In this document: in pieces, positions 45,601-55,914 of the stretch
Position numbering within the stretch: position 1 is the stretch's first letter
Layout: each line of letters opens with the position of its first letter
Assembly (NCBI GenBank): GCA_029953675.1
Contig: JAMWBK010000012.1
Coordinates: 248,001 to 312,000 of the forward strand
Origin: Rhodosorus marinus CCMP1338
Lineage: Eukaryota > Plantae > Rhodophyta
Direction: 5' to 3'
DNA length: 64,000 nucleotides
Notes under the pieces: generated by a model
What the model saw: the letters and a program-made list of their open reading frames with translations, nothing else
What the model was told of the DNA's origin: nothing
Databases searched by the model: none
Program-made: the position numbers and the translations under genes

Positions 45601-48340
45601 GCACCGATGGCGCGCCTCGGCAAGCATACTGCTCGAATATCGCCACAGAGAGACACTTAAGCGCCGCAAAAGTTCCAAGTATTCAACAGGATGCTCAGTG
45701 AAGCATTTCCGCAACCACTCCAAACCCGACTTCTGGCATAGCCTGAAGCGCTACGCAAGGCGTGAAAAGGAACTAAGAACTGGCTTTATTAGCATAGCAT
45801 ACAGTGCTACGCAAACCGTGAAAAGGAACTAGGAAGTAGGTAGGGAAGCGTGCAAACCCAGGCGCCGATGGCGCACCTCGCCAAGTATGCTGCTCGAATA
45901 TCGCCACAGAGAGACACTTAAGCGCCGCAAAACTAAGAACTAGGGAGGGAAGCGTGCAAACCCAGGCGCCGATGGCGCGCCTCGGCAAGCATGTTGCTAG
46001 AAAATCGCCACAGGTCTGCACTCAAACGCCGTAAAGGCGCCAAGTACTCAGTAGGATGCTCACCGAAACATTTCCGCAACCACTCTAAACCCGATTTATC
46101 CACATGACCAAAGCTTACCACAATGAAAGGCTGGAACCGGTGGGAGCGACCCTCGGTGTAGGGCAGACTGGCCATGCTCTCAGCATACCGTCGTTCCTTC
46201 ACTCGTCGAAGAGCCGAAGCGGCTGCCCCTCGGCGGCGGGCGGCAGCCGTGAGATGGGCGCTCGCCACAGGGCATGTAATCGCAAGGTCAACATATGCTG
46301 AGCGTCGGGCGGCAGGGTCTGAGACAAGAAGATCTGCGATACAGCGGGCCGGCGCCGTGTCCGAGACCGACCTGGGTAGTTCCGATTCCACCTCAACCGT
46401 ATGCCCTACCCGAGTTAAACATTCGCTTAGGATGTACTTGAGACGAGTGTGGCGCAACGTGCGGAGACCTGGCAACAGTCCGCATGAACCCAAGAAGTGG
46501 TAGCCACAAGCGTCAATCCGGCCCTCACATCCCTGACAGAAAGACGGTCGATTAGAGTGCCACGGGGCTTGTGGCAAACCTAAGTAGATCTTTACTGGCT
46601 TTATTAGCAGAGCCTACAGCGCTACGCAAACCGTGAAAAGTAACTAAGAACTAGGTAGGGAAGCGTGCAAACCCAGGCGCCGATGGCGCGCTCGGCAAGC
46701 ATGCTACTCGAATATCGCCACAGAGAGACACTTAAACGCCGCAAAAGTTCCAAGTATTCAACAGGATGCTCAGTGAAACATTTCCGCAACCACTCCAAAC
46801 CCGACTTCTCCACGTGACCAAAGCTTTCCACAATGAAAGGCTGGAACCGGAGGGAGCGACCCTCAGCGCGAAGCAGACTGGCCATACTCTCAGCATACCG
46901 TCGCTCCTTCACGCGCCGAAGGGCCGAAACAGCTGCTCCCCGGCGGCGGGCGGCAGCCGTGAGATGGGCGCTTGATACAGGGCATGTAATCGCGAGGTCA
47001 ACATATACTGAGCGTCTGGCGGCAGCATCGGAGACAAGGAGATTTGCGATACAGCGGGGCGATGCCCTGTCCGAGACCGATCTGGGTAGTTCCGATTCCA
47101 CCTCAACCGTATGCCCTACCCGAGTCAGACATTCGCTGAGAATGTACTTGAAGCGAGTGTGACGCCTCGTACGAAGACCTCTCAACAGTCCGCATGAACC
47201 TAAGAAGTGGTAACCACAAGCATTGATCCGACTCTCACATCCCTGACAGAAAGACGGCCGATTAGAGTGCCACGGAGCTTGTGGCAAATCCACATCGATC
47301 AGTGCAGCAGAGCGGAATTGAAAGGCATCGAGACGGTGACCCAGTGATGACGGCAGGGTCGTTAACCACAAATGTGATAGATGGCCTCCCATGCTGCGGA
47401 GGCGAGCGGCGGTGGTAGGCGGTGTGAATGGAGAGTTGAGCAAGATTGCGTGAGCGGCACTGTGTTGGCCCCAGGTGAGGCTATGTTGTATCGCATCAGT
47501 GCGCGAGCTCCACAATCGGCTCAGACCCGGGGCTAGCTTCCCCCTCGTCGGCGAGTACTCTGTCGATGGCAGAGTCCTCGAGGGCCTCAGTTCGTCCCCA
47601 TAACAGCTCCTTCCAGGAGCGAAATCTGGATCGGCTCTCGTCCGGCACGGCGTTACACTTACTGAACGCCTGATGCCGAGCATCATAGATACTCAAAAGC
47701 GGGGGCGGAAGGGTCACGGGGTCTTCGCTAGTCAGTGCTCTAGCCAAAAGACAAGCATTTCGCATCCGAAAACTCACCAAGGTGCGAAGCGCGGTAGCCC
47801 AGGAGGCGACCGCCGCTGCCGAGCATACGAGTCCACGGTCGCCACTCCAAATCCGCCTGATCGTAAAGGTAAGGCAATCTGGCCACGAAAGATCTTTACT
47901 AGCATAGCCTGAAGCACTACGCAGGGTGTGAAAGGGAATTAGAAACTAAGCAGCAAAGCGTACAAACACAGGAGGCGAAGGCGCGCCTATGCGAGCATGC
48001 TGCTAGAATACCGCAGAGAGCGACACTTATTCGGCGTAGGAGTCCTAGACATTCAGCAGGATGGTCGGTAAAACATCTCCGCTGTCACTCCAACACTCCA
48101 AGCTGGAATTTTTCAGATGCCCGAAGGTTTCCACGGTGACAGGCTGGAACCTGTGAGAACAACCCCTTGCCCAGCGAAAACTGGCCATGCTCTCAGCATA
48201 CCATCGTTCCTTCAGTAGGCGAAGTGCAGAAGCCGCTGCCGCCCCGGTGAAGAGCGGCAGAGGGGAGATAGGATCTTGACACAGGGAAAATGACAACCAG
48301 GTCCACATATGCTGAGCGTCTGGCGGCGGGGGTCTGGTAC
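42640..48340 (-). mobile_element. Head-to-tail array of seven 5'-truncated family B copies
   Basis: Units approx. 42640-45454, 45471-45733, 45735-45780, 45781-45930, 45931-46588, 46590-47893 and 47895-48340, all on the minus strand. Confidence 0.9.
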
Positions 48341-48956
48341 CAGGAGATTAGTTATGCAAGGGGGTAGGGAAGGGTGACCGACGATGACCGGGGCAGTTCC
48401 CGTTCAACCACAGCCGCGTGGCCAACCCTGGATCAGGATCTACTTCAGGGAGATGTGACGGTTCGTACGATGACCTCTCAATGGTCTACACGAGCCGAGG
48501 AAATGATAACCGTCAATACGGCTCTCACAGCCTTGGCAGAAGTAGGGGCGATCTCAGTGCCAAGGGGCATGTGGCAAACCCAGGTAGATCTCTGCGGCGC
48601 AAAATTTCAGGCTTTCATTGAGGAAAATTTTGGTCACCTTAAGAGTCAAGCTTGGAGTGGCTTCGCAAACGTCTCCGTCGAGTGTTTGTCTTCCTAAACC
48701 GCTAAGGGTTGCTTTATGGCAATCTTGTAGCGGTATTCTAGCTGAAGCTCGCACCGGACTCTTCGGCGTTCTTAGTCTGTATTACGCGCAGCGTACCGCT
48801 TAAGGTTTGGTTTGTAAAACCAAACCAAACCAATGGGGTAGTTCGAGAGATCCTTTATGGATCCTTCGCCATGCACCGCCAAGATCATCGTGTCGACGGC
48901 AGCTTTCACGGCAGGTGATATGGTCATTTAATATTCACAGATGGAAAAGAGATCTT

Positions 48957-51900
48957 CTACAAACACAGAGGGTACGTGCTCACCACTCGGACGTTGGTAG
49001 GACAGGTATCCGTCAGCAGCACCGCCTGAGCGGTTCCATCACCTTCCTCTGGGGTTCCATTAAACGTGACTATGGCTTTTGCGGCATTGATTGCCATTGA
49101 AACTGCGTTGTTGTACTCCCAGTCTGTGTCGTCTCGGTACTTCTCCCACTCCCATTCGAGCCTGATCTGCTCGGGGCGTCGTCCTTCTAGTGGGTGCTCA
49201 AAACTGATCCTGCACGCCTTGGTGTGTGATCCGTCCTGCGAAACGTACCCCTTCACGAGCTCTACCGAAACAGAGTACGACTTACATTTGTTCGTTGCTG
49301 CTCCTGCCGATCTGTCGGCGTCTGGTGGAGAAGTCGTTGGTGTCGGAGTGGCCATTGCCTTCCCGACAGTAGAAGCGCACATGATCGGTTCCGATAACGA
49401 GGAAATCGGCAGGATATTAAAATCTTTTGCTGGCACATAGTGCCCCGTGTAGTACACCCGTACGTTGTCCACGGTCTGTAGAATGCCAGCGTCGGTTTGA
49501 ATCTGGTAGTTGCTGAACGGGCTTATCCTCAGGATCTTACTAGGATCGCCCATGTCTGCCCTTACTGAGATGTTCGTCGACTTCATCCAGGCAAGGACGC
49601 TGACCTGGTCATCTGCAGGAGCCTCTCCCGTGTAGATGAATCGAAGGTCTCGGTCCGCGTGCGTAAATTTCTTCGTCAGGTAAGGATGCTCAGCGTCAGT
49701 GCTCGTCGGATTCTCCATCGCACGAACGACTCCGGCGGAGGCCTGGTGTTGAATATCAACCCGTACGCCTCCTTCCGCAGGTGCACCGTCCATTACGACA
49801 AAGATGCTGTCCATGCTGACCAGCGGGAAGAACATCCCGGCACTAAGACCCGGGCCCTTGTTGAAACTCGGCTCGGTAGGATCCATGCAGAAGCTGAGAA
49901 TGCCAGTCTTCTTGAAATCGGCCCATCGATCAGCCCCTACAGACTCCTCGTCCAAGTCAATTGGACCCCAGTACGACCTCCAGTCAACCAGCTGATTGTT
50001 GGAGTAGGTGTTTGTGTGCCAGTAGGCAAGCGCGTTCTTCAGCTCCAGAACGGCATCTGCTGCACACTTGAAGAACATGTTGTCCGAGGCCTTCATGATT
50101 GACGTCTCCCATCTACAGCTCGCAAACGAGAGGGCAGAAAGGCTGCTATTTGTCGCTCCCATCATGAGGTAGCTCCTGGCATTGAGCACGAGACCCAGGT
50201 TCTTCGAGAACTGCTCGACCAACATGTTGTAAGTCTCCTGATGTACGTTGAGTACGGCGAGCGACGCGGGGTTGGTGGCATTCTGTTGAAGCTCCGTGAG
50301 AGTGTTCTGGGCGATGTTGTCCAAGTAGAGTTTCTTCGCAGTAACCCGGTTATAGTACACAACGAGGGCGCTATAGACCGCGAGCAGATCATTGCGCTGG
50401 TTGACCCACATCTGAAGCGTGTCAAAGCTGCGGAAGAAATTTTGGGCCTGTCCCGGGCACGCTGCCTTCATCGCATTGACTTTGCTAGTCACCTCGCTCC
50501 TGGCCATATTGATTCTCGCTGTCTTGTAGTCGTCAGCTGTCTGGTTCATCTTCTGGTAGATAACCAGTGCATCTGCATAGTTATCCGCATGGTAGATCCC
50601 TTGAAGAGCGCTCTGGAGCCCTCCTTGATAGCCGTCCACGGTCGTCTCGTCGTTAGAGATCAGTTTCATACTCGACGCGTAGGGATCCCAGTCTGAGGAC
50701 TGTCCCGGTCCTGGAACGAGTTTTGCGATGTTGTTCATGAATGCTGGAATGTTAGAGAACTTGTTGTCGACCGCCAGGTTGATACCGTCGAAGAACTTTC
50801 CCCCGTCGCTGATAAACTGGGACGCCTCGCCGACCAGTTTGGTCGCTGCAAACCCAAGGTCGGCAACGCCCGTGACGAAGGAGACAAAGTTCATCACGTT
50901 CTTGAACATCACAATCTTCTGAGCTTCCTCCCAACAGTGGTTCAGCTCCTCCTGGTCCTCGTTCAGCGCGTATTTCGTCATTTGGATCTTCAGGGCGACA
51001 TCATCCAAGGTCTGATTCATTTTCGCAAGGCTCTTGTAGATCTGTCCCTGTAGTGTCGTCTGCTGCTCAACTCCGACCAACGAGCTCTTGGTGGCATTGA
51101 GCAATATCTTCTCCGACGTCTCCCTGTCGTTCACCTGCTTGGCATACTCCTCGTAGTATCCCTCGACCACCTCGGCAAAATCTCGAAACTCTGCGAGGTC
51201 ATCGAGCTGCTGGTCGAAGCTCGCCACCGATACTTGACCAAGGGGCGATCCGCTCGGTGAGCTCACTTGGTTGATGCTCCTGATCAGAGTCCACGCCTTG
51301 TTCACGTATGAGGCGTAGAGCTTCTGGGTCGTGTGGTCGGCGGTAAGGTTCATCATCAACTGGGCGCTGTACATCATGTCGCTCACCGATTGGAGAATCA
51401 AGTTGTAGGTGTTCTGAGCGCCAGCATCGTCGTCAATGAACGCCAGCGAGCTTAGCATGTTCGCAGAGAGCTCCAGTCCGAAACCGAGGTACTCCACTGG
51501 TGCGGGGAAATCTTGGTATGCCCAATCGTGTGGTTTCTCGTAATGGTTCGCATCCCCCGGATTTCCTGTAGAATTGACCGTCGCGCGGATGAACGTCGCC
51601 CTCTGGTACCCAAACGTCGTCCCGTTGACTCCGGTGGGGCCCTGGAGGCCAGGAGTCCCAACTGGTTTCACGGCGTACATGCCTTTGTAGAACATCGTGA
51701 ACGGTTCGGCCTTAGAGTACGTCGTACATAGCGCATTGGGGTCGTTGATTGCACCGGCTCCACCGTCACCGCCTGGACCTCCTACTCCCACCGCTCCAAA
51801 CTTGCTGGTGGATAGAATCAGACCCTTGACTGTGTCATTATCTATCGGCTTGTTACCCGCTCCGTTCGCTGAATTGGAATACACAGAGACCCATCCAGGG

Positions 51901-52763
51901 GCTGCGCCCTTGCCACCGGGTCCTCCAGGACCTCCCGGACCTCCTGGTCCAGGCTCGCCAGCCTGGTACAGATTACAGCGTTCGTAGTGCCCAAACGGCC
52001 CTTTACAGTATTTGCAGCAGTTTGGATCTTTGGATGTACCGAAGCTCGTTCTATGGAATGCGCAGCTTACTCCTGCAGCTCCCACACCGCCGATCTGTCC
52101 GGGTCCACCTTTGCCACCGATCGACCCGGCGCTCCCATCGTTCATGATAGTGAAATCGTACCCTCCAGAGTGAAGCGAGGTGAGGTTGAGGTGTTTGGTG
52201 ATCATAATCAAATTACCACCAGAGTTTCCATCCGTTCCGGTACCTCCTGGAGCGCCACCAATACCAGAGGCTCCTTGACGCCCGGAGAAACGCGGCTGGG
52301 GGCCCGGTGTCGGCTTCGCAGATGGCACCGCCGGAGGAGGGACATCAACCGGCGTGCCACTCATGTCCAAAGAGAAGGATCCATCGGTCTGGATATCGAT
52401 GATCGATGCAAGGAGGTACAGTGATGTGCCCCTAATGTTTGCGCTGACCCCCGCCTTTCCCTTGATCATAATATAGAACCCGTAGATCTCAACTAATTTG
52501 CTGCCTCCGAATAACGCCGTAGTGTCCGTCTCATTCTGAGAAAAGTCGAGCATATAAAAGTACGGCGTGTAGATCGTCAGCGTGTTCTGTGATTCCGTTT
52601 TAACCAGTTCTTGCCTCTCATCCACGGCCATAGCACATATTTCATCAGATAACCCCCACCCAACACATGCTTCATTCACCGCACCATCTTTGTGCGCTCT
52701 TGCGTACAGGCATACCCACATGGATGCCACTGCCGCCCACAAAACACTCTTGTAAATCTTCAT
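48957..52763 (-). CDS. Secreted 1268-aa protein: Gly-rich/collagen-like N-terminus, long helical core with hydrophobic hairpin, beta-rich C-terminus (toxin-like)
   Basis: Uninterrupted ORF with signal peptide; GxxGxxG blocks; heptad-like helices around VMNFVSFVTGVADLGFAATKL; ISPFSNYQI..VDNVRVYYTG near the C-terminus. Confidence 0.88.
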   Translation of the reverse strand: MKIYKSVLWAAVASMWVCLYARAHKDGAVNEACVGWGLSDEICAMAVDERQELVKTESQNTLTIYTPYFYMLDFSQNETDTTALFGGSKLVEIYGFYIMIKGKAGVSANIRGTSLYLLASIIDIQTDGSFSLDMSGTPVDVPPPAVPSAKPTPGPQPRFSGRQGASGIGGAPGGTGTDGNSGGNLIMITKHLNLTSLHSGGYDFTIMNDGSAGSIGGKGGPGQIGGVGAAGVSCAFHRTSFGTSKDPNCCKYCKGPFGHYERCNLYQAGEPGPGGPGGPGGPGGKGAAPGWVSVYSNSANGAGNKPIDNDTVKGLILSTSKFGAVGVGGPGGDGGAGAINDPNALCTTYSKAEPFTMFYKGMYAVKPVGTPGLQGPTGVNGTTFGYQRATFIRATVNSTGNPGDANHYEKPHDWAYQDFPAPVEYLGFGLELSANMLSSLAFIDDDAGAQNTYNLILQSVSDMMYSAQLMMNLTADHTTQKLYASYVNKAWTLIRSINQVSSPSGSPLGQVSVASFDQQLDDLAEFRDFAEVVEGYYEEYAKQVNDRETSEKILLNATKSSLVGVEQQTTLQGQIYKSLAKMNQTLDDVALKIQMTKYALNEDQEELNHCWEEAQKIVMFKNVMNFVSFVTGVADLGFAATKLVGEASQFISDGGKFFDGINLAVDNKFSNIPAFMNNIAKLVPGPGQSSDWDPYASSMKLISNDETTVDGYQGGLQSALQGIYHADNYADALVIYQKMNQTADDYKTARINMARSEVTSKVNAMKAACPGQAQNFFRSFDTLQMWVNQRNDLLAVYSALVVYYNRVTAKKLYLDNIAQNTLTELQQNATNPASLAVLNVHQETYNMLVEQFSKNLGLVLNARSYLMMGATNSSLSALSFASCRWETSIMKASDNMFFKCAADAVLELKNALAYWHTNTYSNNQLVDWRSYWGPIDLDEESVGADRWADFKKTGILSFCMDPTEPSFNKGPGLSAGMFFPLVSMDSIFVVMDGAPAEGGVRVDIQHQASAGVVRAMENPTSTDAEHPYLTKKFTHADRDLRFIYTGEAPADDQVSVLAWMKSTNISVRADMGDPSKILRISPFSNYQIQTDAGILQTVDNVRVYYTGHYVPAKDFNILPISSLSEPIMCASTVGKAMATPTPTTSPPDADRSAGAATNKCKSYSVSVELVKGYVSQDGSHTKACRISFEHPLEGRRPEQIRLEWEWEKYRDDTDWEYNNAVSMAINAAKAIVTFNGTPEEGDGTAQAVLLTDTCPTNVRVVSTYPLCL

Positions 52764-54364
52764 CTTGTTTTATGCTTAGTTAAAAATTCCTCTCGGCTAC
52801 TCCACTACCCTCGACCTACCTACCGAGCTGGACCTTCATATACCCTCCATCGGCGGTCTATCTCCACAGCTAACCTCACACACATGCTCGGCTTTACTAC
52901 CAAAGTTGTGAGCGTGACCTAACTCTGAACAAAACCTTTCTCTCACTTTTTTTTTGGTTTTCTCTTTTCACTGGCGGATTGAAGATCTGCTATAAGCGGT
53001 TGTCCGCTAGGCGGCGGCTACTGAGGCTACTCTGAACGTAACTGGTACGTCTCTATGTGAGGGTCTGAGTATCAGATTACGCCTCGCGACGTATCGGTCA
53101 ATTTTGAGAAGAAAAAGTAGAAATAATATATATATACGGCAGAACCAGGGAACGAGCTTTTAGTCTCTTTCAGCCCGTAGCATCGCTGATTCGCAACCCA
53201 TTCCTGGAATTCCCACCTCCTTCACAGCGGGCAGGTTTTTTCACTCCGACTACTCCCTCCTCACACTTCTAAACCCAAACGTTGCAAAGAAAACCTCAAC
53301 TTTCTTCACTCCATGTCAGCATCACGTGTGTTGAGCTCTGATGTCGTTAGCATCCCACCACATCCTACTCAGCACCACGAGACGACCCAGAAAAGACCAC
53401 ATATACGGTATACTCAACCGGAAAAGTCCAGATTACCCAGATATCCTTCGAATCGCACTCATAAGCAGCTGTAATGGCCACGATTCCCTAGAATTACGAG
53501 TACGAATCGCTAACTCACATATTCATTTTGATAAAGTTTGGAAAGATCTTGTGGAGAAAACTAAATATAGAAATGCTAATGCATTTGAACAAGGAAGTAA
53601 TTTTTTGTTCTAGGGAAATCCATTGGGGTTTCTAAGGCGTGGCAAGAGAAGACTATTTATAGCTCCGAGAACAAAAAACGAATATCGATCGAGTTAACCG
53701 ATTTTGAGAATAAAATACGGTAAAGGTTTTCTAAAAGTATATATTTTACTCCCTTTTTTAGATCATACCGTCTAATTGGTTTTCAAAGAAAGAGCAGTAT
53801 AGTTGATTGGACATAGATACTGTTTCTATAAAACAGAATCGAGCGTATTTTTCAGTCGCAAGGGAAACCTGTTGTTTTGCTATCATTGGAGGGGTTCACT
53901 CAAGCCTCGATTCGGAGCTGGAAATGAAGGTGCCCCTGTCAGACCCAATTTGTAGGCTCTTCTCTCAAAATATCAGTCAATATATGAGCGGTTCGACTGA
54001 CAAATAATCAATATGTGCTGGAGATCGGATTTTTTTGCCTTGAGACCGTATTGAAATACTTCTTCTTCCCCGGTTTTGTGTCCTTGGCGTCGATTTCTCG
54101 GAAAAGTGTCCGTAGGATTTCATCTCACGCGGAGATATCAGTCAATATACCCGTATCAGATGAGAAACAATCAATATTGTTCAATATTGTTATTATATTA
54201 CATTATATTTGGATATCGGAGTTTTTGCCCTGAGACCCACCCGCCATTTGATGCGTACTTGTTGTCTACAGGTTTTCCCTGTTTTTGAGTGAACTGTTTT
54301 CGAAACCTCCAGCCGCGGGGTACCCCCCCCAATTCCTTGCACTAACATCTCCGGCATAGTCTCT

Positions 54365-55420
54365 ACTGAATGAATTTGTTTAATCGGAGACCTTCAGTCC
54401 CTGATTAAACGTGAAGAAAGAACCACGAGGGGAAGAAAAAAACTAAGCTCGGCGAGGATCGCGCGCCTCCAACATCAGAGCAGCGCTAGTACACCACAAC
54501 AAGAAACCTAAACGGGTAAGCAACGAGGACAGACGGTCAGGGCGTTCGTGGATCGCGTCCCGAAACCACGAGAACCAACGGAACCCAGAAACCCAAAGCA
54601 CTCAATGAGGCAGAGGTACCAGGCCCACGGCGCTCTCCCGCAGCCGGCAAATATCGACGAGCCTGAGGACTACGAACAGCAAGATCAGCGAACGTCGTAC
54701 GGCTCTCTACTAGGGCCTTCGTAATTTTCTACCTGACTGAGTTTCATCTACTCTACTCTCTCAATTACTACTCGAGCGAAACCTATTTGTAGCCTAGGAA
54801 TGGATCACTAGTTGACCCTCACCTAGCCCAGGTATAAGCCGTTAGGCCTACCCGAACTACAATCGGTAGGGATACGACGTGCTTGCCCTAGATTAATGTT
54901 GCATTGGCATTACTTCTGCACGTATTATTGAGGCTAGGCGTCCGCTTAGGGTCACCCCAAGCGATAAATACCCACTTGATTCCACTCAAGAAAAAGCGTT
55001 GTCTACCATGAATTTGCTAGCCACTCTTTCCAACTCAGAAACGAGGTATCAAGCCGATGTCATGGAAGCTGACAGTGGAATCCTTAAAATAACGAGTATG
55101 AGACGTCGCAGGAGGCCTGAAAAATGCTGGGGGGCTTTGTCTTTCCCAAGCATTCGTGCTTCGGCACTAGTTCATCGCCTGGTACCCTCCGGTCATTGAG
55201 TGTGTTTTCGGGTTTATGGATTACCGCTATTTCTCGGTGGCTTCGGAAATTTTTCCGCGTAACGCCCTGAACGTCTGGCCTCGGTGTTTACCCGTTTAAG
55301 TTTCTTGCTGTGGAGTATAAACGCTGCTTTGATGTTGGAGGCGCGTGATCTTCGCCGCGCTTAGTCTTTTTTTCCGCTCAGGGTTTTTTCCCTCAGTCTC
55401 CAATCACGCAAATTCATTCA
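54365..55420. mobile_element. Degenerate family A 3' fragments (54365-54700 minus, 55090-55420 plus)
   Basis: 3' UTR and (ATTC) tail motifs; gcgcgtgatcttcgccgcgcttagtc terminus. Confidence 0.75.
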
Positions 55421-55657
55421 AAATAGCAAAATTACAAAAGAAGCAGAAACCCAACAGAATCAGCTTTTATTTAATACATATAAGCCATATCCAAAACTAG
55501 TTTCGTAAATGTAATATTACATAGTAATATAATGGAATAAAAATTCTGCACTAGTTTTTCTCTCTTTTAGAGCGGTTTCGACGACCTTCTTGTAAAGAAA
55601 TCTCACGAACAAATTTTTTTTGCCCTCCACTTTCCGAAAGACTCCAAAGGTAAGACT

Positions 55658-55809
55658 CAAGGCTGATATCGCTCGTACCGAGAATTCGGTACTTTGAAGA
55701 AACCTAATCAAGGCTGATATCGCTCGTACTGAGAATTCGGTACTTTGAAGAAACCTAATCAAGGCTTCACCTAAAGTCCAATCAAGACTGATATCGCTCG
55801 TACCGAGAA
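55658..55809. repeat. 51-bp tandem repeat x2 plus a partial third copy
   Basis: caaggctgatatcgctcgtac(c/t)gagaattcggtactttgaagaaacctaat. Confidence 0.9.
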
Positions 55810-55914
55810 GGTGCAAGGTGCCCCCCGTGTATGACTATACATCTTGACTTCACAATCGCTGGACTTTTGATTGGTTTGGAATTTTCCATTTCAAACCTTT
55901 TAAGTGGACTGGAC

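Noticed and set aside
53351-53464. TBP-like peptide DDPEKTTYTVYSTGKVQIT
   Set aside because: Only 37 codons between stops, no start codon and no further similarity.
54700-54990. Solo LTR candidates (also 59400-59640 and from ~63880)
   Set aside because: No second copy, TG..CA ends or TSD verifiable in the window.
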